A DNA stretch of 64,000 nt from Piedraia hortae CBS 480.64. Its lineage: Eukaryota. Position numbers and translations under genes: made by a program. The notes under the pieces are model-generated. The model saw only the letters and a program-made list of their open reading frames with translations. It was not told the origin of the DNA and did not search any database. Position 1 is the first letter of the stretch; the number at the start of each line of letters is the position of its first letter. The stretch lies in contig MU005962.1 in the NCBI GenBank assembly GCA_010093745.1, positions 186,001 through 250,000 on the forward strand, in the 5' to 3' direction. Shown in pieces: positions 25,801 through 38,400 of the stretch.

Positions 25801-26203
25801 ACAGCGCGAACGCGCCCATATTCTCAAGGAATTCGAATCCTCAACGGAGTTTACCGCCCTCTTGCTGAGTCTCCGTGCCGGAGGCGTGGGACTTAACCTC
25901 ACGTGCGCGAAACGTGTGTTTATGATGGATCCGTGGTGGTCGTTTGCTGTCGAGGCGCAGGCAATTGATCGTGTGCATCGCATGGGTCAGACGGACCATG
26001 TGCATGTGACCCGTTTCGTGTGCAAGGGGAGTATAGAGGAGAAGATGCTTCGCGTGCAGGAACGCAAAAAGTTTATGTGAGTTTAAGAGGTGATGTCAGG
26101 GAAGGCTTGCTAACGCCTTCGCAGTGCAAGTTCGTTGGGCATGATGTCTGATGAGGAGAAGAGGGAACAGAGGATCCAGGATATCAGGGAGTTGCTTAGT
26201 TGA
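22853..26203 (+). CDS. RAD5: DNA repair helicase/E3 ligase Rad5 (HIRAN, SNF2, RING); exons 22853-26076, 26125-26203
   Basis: HIRAN region, GGILADEMGLGKT, DEAH, RING CPICC..CWHSAC..C..C..C, QAIDRVHRMGQ; 48-nt intron GTGAGT..CTAAC..CAG gives IASSLGMMSDEEKREQRIQDIRELLS. Start could be 22874. Confidence 0.95.
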
Positions 26204-26211
26204 GGGAAACC

Positions 26212-27114
26212 TCAGGCCGACGTATCCATTTTATCGTCTGCGGCTCGTTTGGGTTTGAAGAAGCGGCCGCGGGAGTCTCGGGCGTGGGGCTGGGGCGTCT
26301 TACTAGCAAATACATTGTGCGAGCTGCGGTCAATAGATCTGACTTTTTTAGGGGCAGGTGGGCTGGATGGTCCGCTAGACCTCTTTCGTTTTCTTTTTAG
26401 TTCCTGTTCCGCCCGTTGTCTGTCTCGCTTTGCTTGGAGACGTGCTGCTACCTCTGCGGCTACGTCTTGGTAGCAGAGATCCTGCAGTGTGCTCTTGTCA
26501 TTGTCCCTCTCTGAAGCATCAGCATTGTGATCCTCCGGCTCAGCAGTTTGACTGGATGATTTGCATCGAGCTTCTGGCAGGGGTGTGGCCCCACCGAACA
26601 AGTCTTCGCCTAAAGCGTTTGCCCAGTTGCGCCTTTTCGATTCTTCCACCCGCGGCCGCTTGACTGGCGAGCTGCTTGCTTTCCCATGGCGTTTCCGCAC
26701 CGGCATGTCTTCCTTTGCTATGCTAGGGATAGCTGTGTTTTCTTCCTTAGGGGTATTTTTCTTCCCATTCACGGATGACGCTGATCTCCTCTCGCTTGCG
26801 GATGTCGCTGGCTCCGTGTCCATCCCAATAGGCGCATCTTCGCCCTCGCTAGGCCCATTCCCAGTTCCCACCCGTGCTAACTCCTCCGCCAGTGCCCCGC
26901 TAAGGTGCAAGATCTCGGAATGTTTGCTAAAGTGGAGCCTGAAGACGCTGTTCATCTCACGCCATGTTCTTGCTATAACAGGAATCGCATCTTCTATCTG
27001 AGGAGTTGCTACTCGGTTGGTTTGGGATGGGATCCTGAGCTGCTGGAGGTGCGCTATTTGGGCTGTAATTAGGTCCAGGAGTAGTAGCGACACTTCGGAG
27101 GCTTTGTGAGGCAT
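26212..27114 (-). CDS. Hypothetical, largely disordered, basic protein (300 aa), NLS-like LKRKRKR
   Basis: Long ATG ORF filling the gap between two genes; no recognised domain. Confidence 0.65.
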   Translation of the reverse strand: MPHKASEVSLLLLDLITAQIAHLQQLRIPSQTNRVATPQIEDAIPVIARTWREMNSVFRLHFSKHSEILHLSGALAEELARVGTGNGPSEGEDAPIGMDTEPATSASERRSASSVNGKKNTPKEENTAIPSIAKEDMPVRKRHGKASSSPVKRPRVEESKRRNWANALGEDLFGGATPLPEARCKSSSQTAEPEDHNADASERDNDKSTLQDLCYQDVAAEVAARLQAKRDRQRAEQELKRKRKRSSGPSSPPAPKKVRSIDRSSHNVFASKTPQPHARDSRGRFFKPKRAADDKMDTSA

Positions 27115-27265
27115 CTTTCGTTGTGATCGTGGTGGTTGGCTTTATTTTTGGTGCATGATGGTTGACGTTGGGGCACGAGTCAGGTGACGTGCATGACTCG
27201 TGCAGAATGACTCGGCAGTGACGTAATGACATGTGTCAACAACATCAACCACCGATGACAACAAC

Positions 27266-29247
27266 ATGGATAAAGAAAGCCCGCTGGTCAAGGCGCTGCC
27301 GCCTGAGTCCGACTACCTGACCTACCTGACTGTGGTGGAATACAATCTGACGCGGGACAATCTCCCAACCTTACATGCCGTGCTGCAGGATGAAAAACTG
27401 ACGATAAACATTGGCTGGGACCTCGTCTATCTGCTCGTCCCGCTTTTGCCAGACTCGGAGCAGTGTCTCCAAGACGTTTCGCGACTGGGGAACCCTCGCG
27501 AGGTGATTATAAAAGTCACCGAAGCCTTGAAGGAGATTGAATACGATGAAGACACGACAGATGAACTTCCACTTAGTGTCGTCCAGTTCAACACCCTGGT
27601 CGCCATGCTCGCCATTCTCCATTCCAGAATCAAGACAAAATACCCCAGTCAATTCTTCAGCACCAGTCTGCAAGCCATATTGGCCAGTTTCGCTCAAGCA
27701 ACGAACCACAAGGAAGAAATGGTCCTTGCCATTGTAAAGGCCATCAAATCAATTGCTGGAGTCCAGAGACCGGCCCTGCCGAATAGGAAGAGCAGTGCCA
27801 TGGTTATGCAAAGCCAATTCAAATCTTCTGCCGCCACTGACCCGGAGGACACCACCGCCGGAGCAGAAACAAGCCCAGCAGAAAAAGCGATGCAAACCCG
27901 CCTCGCCCAGGCCTTCATCACCCACGTCCTGGAAGAATACCTAACCGAACTTCCCGAATCCGAAGTCCCCGGCCTAGCATGGTGCAGCAGACTAATGGAA
28001 GAAACTCACCCCGAGCGAACCATCCCCGGCCGCCCAACTTTAACCGAACTCTTCCAACAAGAAAAAGACCTCCACCGCCGCATCGACGCAGTCGGCCAAC
28101 TCGTAACTCTCTCCCAAGACCTCCAAATCCCTAACTCCGAGCTCCTATCCGCATCCACATCCCCCGAAACAACCACCGACATACAGTCCCCCGACCCTCC
28201 CACATCAGCAGACGAAATCCCCCTCTCACACACGGGATCAATGCTCCTCTACTCCGCCCGCCAAATCTCTTCAATTCTGTACACCAAACCTCGCCTTACC
28301 CCTATCGAACCCCAATTTCTCATCTTCCCCCACCACCACGAGATCCTCAAAACGCGACTAAGAGAAATCCCAGGCCGCGAAGTACCCCCCATCCTCGACG
28401 CGGCTTTATCTCTCGGGCTGACATCCCTCTTGAATGATCAAATCGGATCCCCTACCTCAGACGAGAACTTTACATCCTACCTCCTCACGATTTCTCAAAT
28501 CGCATCAAACTGCCCCTCGGGAAATTTACGCACTCACGCGCATTATATTGCGAGTAATGTCCTCCGATCGCATGGGGATGAATCTGTACGGTTGGAGTTT
28601 ATTCGAGAGATCCTGATGAGTAAATGTGAGAATTTGAGACCGGTGGCGGTGGGGTGGGTTAAGGTATGTTATCTTTTTCCTTTTGCTCTTTTCCAAGGAA
28701 GGCGGGGGCGCTTGGGGGAGCGCTGGAGGATTGCTGGAGGATTGCTGGAGGATTGATCGGTCCGCATAAGGAATCGATTCTTCTCTCTGCGTTTAGAAGG
28801 GATCCCTCCGCTATAAGAATCGATCCCCCCGCACGAAAACAAATACCCGCTCTCCACATAATAAAGCTAACACCCTCGCAGACAGAAATCCTCGACCCCC
28901 ACCCCGGAGGGATCTTCTCCTCACCATACATTCTCGAGACCCTCTCTGTCGCTTTATTCCCTCCCCTTGGAGAAATCTCCCTCCCACTACGCCAAGTCGT
29001 TAACGTTTTCGAGGCTCGGCAGGGGACATATCTCGCTACGCTGAATCTTTTGATTTTTCTCTTGGAGGCAGAGGAAGTTAGGGAGCGGTTGGGCGTGGTT
29101 GAGTTTTGTGCGGGGGAGGGGGTTACGGGGTATTTGGAGGGGTTGGAGAAGTTGATTGAACGCGTGGAGGATGTGGAGGATTTGGACAATGAGAGGGAGT
29201 TGCTCTCTATTACGGTTCGGAGGGTTAGGGAGTTGATTGGGGAGTAG
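27266..29247 (+). CDS. YAP-binding/ALF4/glomulin family (DUF1760, Ybp1-like); exons 27266-28663, 28882-29247
   Basis: DYLTYLTVVEYNL, IGWDLV, GNPREVI, RIKTKYPSQFF, AVGWVK; intron GTATGT..CTAAC..CAG joins the two ORFs in frame. Confidence 0.85.
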
Positions 29248-31699
29248 GGATGCTTCGCGGTTGGGAGGGGATCACAGGACAGAGTTTGTGGGCATGAATA
29301 AACAGGGATAGGTTATGATCATGTTTTATGGTTTTCTTCGGAGGTGCGCTATCTATATGCCAGACCCAGACGGTATATCAGACGGTCATCCGCAATGCCT
29401 AAAATCATCCTCTATGCGCAATTGACAAACGGGCCCAGATTCCTCCCTCCTTAACCAATTAAAGCTTTTTTTTTCCAGCAGAGTTTCATTCATCCCGTCG
29501 ATCAAACTCAACGAAATCAGATCTCTCCTCCAGCCAGATGGACCGTGCGGGGCCCTAACTCTCTCTCCTTCCACGTTCGGCGGAATGACGTCATGGAGCA
29601 CAACCCTTGGCATTACATAAAAATCTGACCGAGTTACGCAATAAAAATATACGAGTCACGTGTAGACTTTGAAGTACGAAGAGGCTCTAAGCTTACGCAA
29701 AGGTTTGACTGATATGTGACGCCTGCATAGGTACTCTAGTTTCGGAACAATTAGATTGGTTACAAGGAGATGAGGAAATGGTTTATGCACGAGACTGCCT
29801 CTGCTGTTAGATAATTTGCGTGGGAAGAAATTGTTTAACCTTTCCGTTGGCAGAGCATGTCTAGCTCCCCGAACCAGATGAGATTACAGCACACGTGCTG
29901 GATTTGCCAAATGATGTATTACTCACGGCAGTTAGACGTTACATGATGCTACACGGTGGTTGTACCGAAGACTTCGGAAAAATTCCTTTTTCTTGGTGCT
30001 GAGCTAAGGTAGATTTCTCCAGAAAGCAATGTTTGGGCAACACACGGGAAAAGGGGCATGGAAACGGAAACTTCGCCCGTTAATATAGGTAGCATTGGAT
30101 ACTAAACTCGCATCATTTATAATCTTTTGGATCTACCCCCTTTTTTCCCCTCCTGCCACGTAGAAATACCGGTATGGTTTCCATTTGAAGAATACTTCTG
30201 AAGAATGCCCCTGACGACTGAGGTCAGACCGTGTTCGTGGACCGCTGACAGACGATGAAGCGGCCATGGTTGAGTTCTTGCGCACCAGCTTTTGCCGTCG
30301 CCTGGTGGTGGCGCAGTACATGGATGACGAAAGACACATTATAAAGTTACAACCTAAATAGCACCGGTGTTGGGGGGCAATGCACAGATAACTGGATTGA
30401 CTGCGAGATGAGGAGTAGTGCAGCGTGTCATATCACTTGATCCTGACAGGAGTACGATGGAAATAAGCGCGATATGGATGGTGTGTTTGTTTGTGTGAAG
30501 GCTTTTCAGCATCAGGATGCGAAGCACAGGCCCCGCGCTCCTACTGCATTGGTCAAAAAGACGTCATGAGCACACGCACCAGCACTTGCGCACGTTACAT
30601 AAGGTTCTGGTTGAATTACGCAACACCATAGACGTTTTATGTGTATATTTTCCGGAACTACAGAAAGTCTGTAGGCTTTTACAATGGTCTTACTTTTATA
30701 CACATTATCTGGCATTCATACTCTTTTTAGTGTCAAAAAAATCATAGTGTCTCTTGCTGGTAGATGAGAGACTGGTTTATGACCGAGGGCATTGCTTCTG
30801 CTTCTAGGTCACTTCCGTGAGAGAAAATTCCTACCAGGTGCTTCTATTGCCTGGCCGAGCTTGGCGCTCATCCCATCAATTGGCAACGAAATGTAGATAA
30901 CTGGGACCAGGCACTTCTTCCTTCAAGGATATGCTCACGACCATGGATTTTATGCGTCTCTATCAATGCTAGCTGCTACCAAAATCCCTGTAAAATGTCT
31001 TCTTGATACTAAGCTACAGCATGATTCCTGTGGATTACGCCAACATGTAGTCAATTGACAGAAAAGAACAGGGAATCAAGAATTTGGTAGCTCGAAATAG
31101 GTTTTGCTACTAAACATGCATTATGAACAATCTTATAGCTCTAGCTCTTCTTCCCCTCCACGTAATGATATCCCCCACATTCTCAAACAAATATGATACT
31201 TCTGACGATTGCTGTGATGACTTGAATTAACTTGTACATCGGTGATGGTCGTGGCCGATTCTCGCAAGGAAGTAGGAGTGGTAGCTCTGCATCCTATATA
31301 CAAGGGAGGAGATTGATTTCAAAGGTGGAAGATTTGTCTTGGAGCATATGTGAGCACGTGCGCCGCACGGTAGAGGTATGTTCCTGCATGAAATGTGTAA
31401 CAAATGTCTGATTGCTCTGGTCAGCTTCCATGGCAAGTTCATGATCGCGTTCACATCGAACGCGGCGTGACATCGCACTGACATGGAATTCCACTGGACA
31501 TTCGAGGAAGATCTGACACAGTTTTTCTGTAAATGTACTGTCGACATCCAATTGTAGTCGGCACTGAGACGCTAGTTAACATTCTGACTGACACCATGGG
31601 AGACTGACGTAAAAGATTACATTGAGGTTATGGTAGGTTCTATGTTGTGATGCTGGTGACAGTCAGTCCCACTCTAGGAGCGCTCACCTAGGTATTTAT

Positions 31700-32160
31700 T
31701 CATGACAAGATGTTGGCATTTCGGTGTTCTTTTATGAAGCTGAACCCGTACGACGTGTTACCGGGATTGCCTCGCACCTCGCCAAGGTTCACCACAGGAA
31801 AAATGGCTGCCTCGTCGCCAACAGGCAGCAAGAGGTCGCACAGCAGACCGCGTGTGATTCTGACCTGCACCTGTATGAGCGGTCGCAGGCCGGCGACCTT
31901 GAGCTCCAGGTTCTTAAAAAACGCCGTTTGCCCGTCGCCGGACAACCTGACATACCTGCGGACCGTTGTATGGTCGCGAAATGACTTGCCAAGGCTTCGG
32001 AAGCTCAAGGCCCAGGAGAATGGCGTCCAAACCTGCTTATTCAGGAACCCACGTCTTATTTTGTCAAGCGATTCGGCTCCATCGCGAGTTGAGATGTCCC
32101 CACGAAACGGACTTTCTACCACGAGAAGTCGTGCGCTTTCAAGAATGCAGATAGGATCGG
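31700..32160 (-). pseudogene. Fragment resembling the middle region of fungal DUF3505 / telomere-linked RecQ-helicase-like proteins
   Basis: TPFSWALSFRSLGKSFRDHTT..SGDGQT..LLCDLLL..VNLGEVRGNPGNTSYGFSFIKEHRN matches my recollection of that family; no helicase domain present. Confidence 0.5.
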
Positions 32161-33288
32161 CGTGTAATTAGTCAGGGCTTGAGTATCCTGCATATACGTA
32201 GTCGAGGTACCCGTGCAGGACTGGGCTGCTCTTCTGTATCGGTGGGGCACAACTCGACGGTCCATGGGCCTCTTCACTTTTGGATTGCATCGGACTCCCC
32301 CACTAGCAGCAGGTCATCAACATAAATTCCAATGAGGATGTTGTGCTTATCATGTGCAAAAATGCATGGATCAAAACCGGTTTGAGTGTATTCCTCTTGG
32401 GAGAGCTTCTCGGTCAGGAGACCATATCACTTCCTTCCAGACTGCTTGAGGCCATACAACGCTTTGCGGAGTCTGAGAGGGCCGTCCAGCTCGACGCCTG
32501 GTGGTGGCTGAATGTGGATTTCCTCGAGAAATGAGGGAATGAGGTATCCTGTATCAAAATCCATTCGGTGAGGGGTCCAGCCATGATGGGCGGACTAGGC
32601 AAGGAGTAGGCGGAGTGAGTCTTAGCGAGCAACAGGTGCGCAAGCCTCCAACTCGTCAATATCCTGAATTTGATATCAGCGCTGTGCGACCAGCCCGGCC
32701 TTATGTCGGACAAAAGGCCTCTAATGTTTCTGCCAACACTGCAAGATGTGTTTTTACACAAGGAATCTGATCTACAGTAATAAAGAGCAAGCGCAAATCC
32801 ACTGCATCGGGTTTGCATGGCATCGGTCCAGATCTGCATCGCTGACGTCGCACTGCCGAATGCGTTTGTATTCCCGCTTGAAGGCTTTGTGCCAACTTGC
32901 GGAGAATTGTCGCGTGTTGTCACCCAGCAAGTGCTTTATCATCCGTGCAACATCCGGGATGATTTGAGTGACGATGACCCAGAGCACCAGATCGATCTGG
33001 GGCCGGTTGAACCGGTGCAGGCAATCATGTTTGATTTTTCTCCCAGTGTGCTTCGGCAATCATCGTTGTCTTCAATATGGGGACTGCGCTGAGGCGTGAA
33101 GCTCTTGCCCATAGCACCCACTTGGCTGGATGATACCAATTCGTCCACAGATACACCCAAAACTAAGCCCAACTGTTACCCGGTCAAGTGGGATGATCAA
33201 GCCAACTTTGCGACAGCAACAAGCTGACGAACCGACAAGACTGGACCTGTGCATCTCCACGCACACCATTCAGCAGACATACGTTGGT

Positions 33289-33638
33289 ATTGTTGGATTC
33301 AAGCATCGCCGCTAGCGCGTATGCAGGGCACTTGCATAGTAAGTCAGCGATACCTCCTACACTACCAGCTGCACCCTAGGTTTTTGCCTCACAGAGGTTT
33401 TCCCTCAGGGTCATGTCATATGTGACATGGTGAATACGCCCCGCTAGTGTACGACGTGACGTCACTGGCCCACCGGAACAGAATTTTCATTCTGAACGTC
33501 CCCTTATTGAAAATAGTCATTCACACTACCATGCTGCAACTGGTATTTTGACTTACACACATCTACATCTTTCCTGTCCCTGTTTCCGTCTATCGCTCCG
33601 CCCTCTTCGGGTCGCTGTGCACTCTCACCCACGAGAGC
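33289..33638 (-). repeat. Dispersed repeat copy B, uninterrupted (empty site)
   Basis: Reverse complement matches 4258-4336 joined to 6266-6530 with only TGTGTA between. Confidence 0.92.
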
Positions 33639-33699
33639 TAAATACCTACAGGTATCTATGTCGAATGATCTCATGATGTGGAGGGCTCACAAACGGTCA

Positions 33700-34250
33700 C
33701 AAACTTCAAGGCAACCATGACAATGCCCTCAAGTGTAAAGATCCGACGTTGGCAAGTCCGACACCCCATTCGACACACCGATATCTCTATAGAGAAGTTT
33801 TCGGTTTCGTCTTGGCTCCCGGACAGGGAATTGAAACCCTACGCTGGGCATGTACTCCTCGACAGACAATGTGTCGTTTCGTAACACAGCTCCTGGGATC
33901 CCGACTCGTCAACGTTGTAGAAGTCGGTGTCTTGGATGTTATACTTGGCCCTCATCTTCGCGATGTAGGCTGAACCATGTACTGATGGTATTACGATCCT
34001 CGCACGGGAGAAACATTGTCGGGATGACGATCATCCGTGAGAGGGATCCTGTGATGGGAAGCACTGGAGTTGTGCATGACCCAGGTTCGAGCAAGATATT
34101 GTCTCGTATGGAAGCTATAGAGGGCTAAAAGACCTGCTATATACTCATGAGCTCCTGCACAGAAGGCGCGCGCGTACGCCGTACGCGCGCGCCTGGTGAA
34201 CCACACCCATGGAATAACCATGGGACGAAAGGGCTAGCGCGTAACAGATC
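33700..34250 (-). mobile_element. Fot1/pogo (Tc1-mariner) transposase relic
   Basis: CEDRNTISTWFSL then, after a frameshift, AKYNIQDTDFYNVDESG (cf. KYGI..DIYNFDETG); ends approximate. Confidence 0.75.
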
Positions 34251-35421
34251 CAAGGTTGCTTTGCTCAGACTGTATCTTGTTCCAGCGCTTTGCAATCACT
34301 TCCTCCAAGACCTCCCGGGTCTACACACTTCCTTCGCGCAGCATGGCCTACCCAGCGGAAGTGACTGTTAACTTGTGCTAATCGCTCTTCAAGCTGATTA
34401 TGACCTGTAGAGCAAACTTTTTAAATTCCGACAACTGCTACAGGTCGGCCCACCACTTCTCGTCCTCGCAGCTTAGCATGCCCCTTCATCCTTTCATATC
34501 GGTTTTGAAAACCGACAATCACAATCAATTTGATTGCATTCTTCGAGGCAAACGAGTCCAAGCATTTGTTGTTCGACTGCCATCTGGTCTTAACCAGCAA
34601 GCTTAGGCAAACCTCCCTCAGAGCTTCGATAACTGTATAACCTTCAGCTCGGCCAATGGTATGATATGCGACGCGAACGGAGAAGGTTTGCTATCTCGAC
34701 AGCCTGGCTGATATGCGGCAATTTCAAAATGTCTTTGACAAAAAGGTCAAACTGGTGGCTGCTCGCATCCTGTCGCTTGGATGGTCGAACTTTAAGAGAA
34801 CGTGTTAATGGCCGCTGAAAACCTGTGGCTCTAAGCCATAGTGTGTTGTAGTTGCACCGTGGAAAAAAAAAGATCTAACCCCCAGTGCGCGAGGTAAAAG
34901 TGCAGACTAGGATTAGGGTGCCCGTACCCGGCCACTATTCGAGGTACGATTAGACTTTGTTGGAAGATGGGAAGTGGTTTTAGGTTTCGTGTAGCTGCTA
35001 CAAAATTTCACGTAACAGCTACATGACCCTTCGTAGCAGTTACAAAGTACGGAAAACTTTCACAAACATGCAAGAGAATTATAATGAGTTTTTTGACAAA
35101 CTTTTGTTGCCTTACACTAGAGCCCACTGAGCTACAACGAACTTTCACATTGCTACACTAAGTTTCTGTGTAGTTATGAAAAATATCTCGCTGTCTACAC
35201 ACAGATTCATTTGAGGTACACTTATTTTTAACAGAGTACACAAAACGCTTCCTTGCTTCTTCAAGGTACAAGCCGAAGCACGAGTGCAGAGCTCCACTGA
35301 AACTTCAAGTCCTCGCGACAGACACGCCAGAATGCACATCATTGGATAGCATGTAAAGGGACGGATATTTAACCAGTCATGAGACTTTCTCAATTTCCAT
35401 GGAATGCAGCTAAACCCACTC

Positions 35422-38400
35422 TCATACCGTCGTATCCTCATAGACCTCGTGTTCGGCATACTTGTACAGGGTGGGGTAATCTTTGCGGAGCGCTGCGAAA
35501 TATTCGCGCCAGACGGGGCAGTCTGATGAATTTGCCTTGCGCTGGAGTACGACCGACGTCTTTGCAACGCTGCGGTTCTGCTCCGCCATCTTTTCAAGCT
35601 CTTGCTTTACCGACGTTTCCTTGGGACGGACAGAAAGAATGGCTTTGAAGACGGGTGCGAAATTGTCTAGTTGACGGCTCGTCTCATCCGGGGCGAGGTC
35701 GATAAGTTTGTTGATGATAAGACATGAGAGGAGCTTGATCTCGTGCTCGTCCCTGAGACCGTCGGTGACGCGATGGAATATGGCTGAAGTGTCCATCTTG
35801 GTCTGCGCCACTGGTGTGCCGATTAGTGCGAATAGTGTCTCGTACGCTGTTGTGCGCATCTCAAGCCCGTCGTCGATTTTGTGCTTAAAAGGACCCATCA
35901 TGACCTCGTGCACGAGCTCCGATCGGATCGCAGTGGCCTGCATGATGAGTGGGAGGAGCCTGCTCAGCCGCGGAATCACGAGGTTGCTCTTGTTCTGCAG
36001 CGCAGACTTGAACGTCGTCAACGCCAGGCGCTGATTGTCCACGTCAGAATCAGCCAGCATGGTTGTGAGCATAGGGCCAATTGCGCCTTTCATGTGTGCG
36101 TCAATGGAAACTTCAGCGTCAGAAAACACATATCGCATGGCGGAAATGGCCATGCCGCGGATCGCCGGCTGGGAGTTCTGCAGCAACGACTGCATCTGCG
36201 GAAGATAGACTGCCGGTTCGATGACAGCGAGTCGACCGATGCATTCCGCCCCGACGACTTTATCATTGTCCGCTTGTCCTGAGCTGATGACATTTTGCCA
36301 CAGCTGCTGCGCGTAAGGCTTGATGTATTCTTCCACTGTGCTGTGTAAGAGAAGTTCTTTAACCGAATGTAGGAGCAGATATTGCGAGCCACGGCCGAGA
36401 GCGTCCATGATTTTAGGCAGGTATTCCTTCACGTTGCCGGCTCCCGCACGGCCAAGAGCAATCGCCGCCGCGAGCTTGACCTTGTCCTGCTCATCTGCAA
36501 AGCTTGACTCAAAAGTCTCTGGCCGAAGCGGACTTTTGACGCCCATCCTCAAGCCCGCTTCTCCCAGAACGGCCAGGGCCAAGCATGTTTTCTCTGGACT
36601 CTCTTTTCTCTGAAGCTCTTTGGTAAAGTCGTCCAGTACCACCCCAGTCTTCGGTCCGCCCGTGACCAATAATGTTCCGATTACCTGTCCCGTAACATCA
36701 ATATCGCCCTTGATACCAGTCTCCAACAGTGCCGTCATGAGCTCTTTGTCTTGGCCAGAGCGGCCAATGGCTTCCACGCACGGGATCAAGGCGTCAGCGG
36801 CTGCGTTGGCATTGGACAAGGTGACAACATGGCAGATGCCTTCAATTATCGTTGGCGTCACAACAAGGTCAGCATTCTCGTGCACCAGCGCGGCTAGGAT
36901 GATCAGGGTTGGGACCACCATGTGCAAGTCATCCGACTTCAACAGCGGCACCAGCATCTTGATGAGCTGGGAGACTGTCTTGTCATCCAAACACTCGCAA
37001 CAGGCTTGGTTCAGACAAATGGTTCGAAGTGCTCCCAGACTCGCTCCACGCAATGCTCGGCTGGCCATGCTCAGATGTTTTCCGAGCTCTAGAGCCACGT
37101 CGGACATGTAGCCAGGCTTAAAATCCTTCTTGCTCTGTGCAAGGAGCGCAATCGTATCCACGGCATGCACTGCTGCCAGCCGGGTAACTTCTTTCTTGAG
37201 CCGATCCGCTATCATTTGCTGACCCGAAAACCGTTCGTTCTGCCCAAGTAAATTCACGGATTGGCCAGACGTGCGTCCGATGAACACTCCGAGTACCGAA
37301 ACCGCCTTTCGCCGCACGTCGGTAATTACATCGTTTGCGGAAACAGGCTCGGTGACGATTTTGAATAGCTCTCGGAGACTCTGTGCAGAGGAGCTATTGG
37401 TGCATCTGGGAGGTGTGAGCGCTTTGGCAAGAGCCTCGATCGTTTCCAGAGTCGCCAATGAAACACTTGAATTGCGACCCTTAACTACTTGGGACAGGTC
37501 AGGCAGAATCTTGGCCAACTGTGGTTGGAGAACATCGAAAGAATGCGTGTCAGCAATGGCCTTGAGCAGCTGCATTACGCTCACGCGCAACGCCTTTTCC
37601 TGCACTGTGGGCGTTGGGCCCGATACCATGGCTCCGACAGCAGCGTCAATGACCTGGTCCATAAGGTCCGCTAAGCCGCCACCGTGAGCCATGACTGCGT
37701 CCCTCAGCAGGAAGGCTGACTTGGTCTTTGTCTGATCGGTGCTTGTCTTCAACAATCTGGTGGCACCCTTTACAATGTCAGGGAAGACCATGACCAAGCC
37801 TTTGGGACCATTCTCAGACAAGGTTGACGCCGAACCACCCAAAGCGGCATTGCAGTCATTTACCCGTCTCCTTTTACGGCTCGGCTGTGCAAGGGGCTGC
37901 ACTGGGGCGGTCATGGAACCGACAGACTTGGACACTACCGCTGACAGTGCCTCCAACACCTCTAACCGGACAGCTTCCTCGCCTTCTTTGAAGCGGCTGA
38001 CGAGTGCCGGTGCGATTATGCTGTATAGAGCTTCTTCATTGGGCTCCATTGAGTCCACAAGGGCCCGCGTGGCCTTGGCGGTGCAACGCCTAACCTTCCA
38101 CCTGACGTCTTCTTCCTCTTCGAAGCCTGTCTCTTCCTCAAAATCCTCATCCATGTCGGGATCACTCGGCTCATCCTCCATATCTTCATCATTATCCATT
38201 GAGTTTTGTTCGTATTTCAAGAAACGCATCGTAGCTTGGATCACCTTGTCCTGGTCAGCCCTCATTTCGGCAGGACAGTACTTTAGACAGTTTTCGATTG
38301 CCGTCAATGCCGCCTCTCTGACCTCTTCCATCGCCTTATTCTTTTCCGGCTCCTCCTCTTCTCCCTCATTCTCTTCTTCTAGCTGTTCATCTAGCTTCTG

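Noticed and set aside
29911..30002. Possible C/D box snoRNA (ATGATGT..ATGATGC..CTGA)
   Set aside because: Imperfect C boxes, no clear terminal stem, no recognisable rRNA guide.
30400..31560. Possible hAT transposase relic
   Set aside because: Only a vague CxxH-like echo; too degenerate to support.
34875..34920. CTAACC / TTAGGG motifs as telomere or telomerase RNA template (also 22322, 43831, 53155)
   Set aside because: Single isolated units, no array and no full template match.
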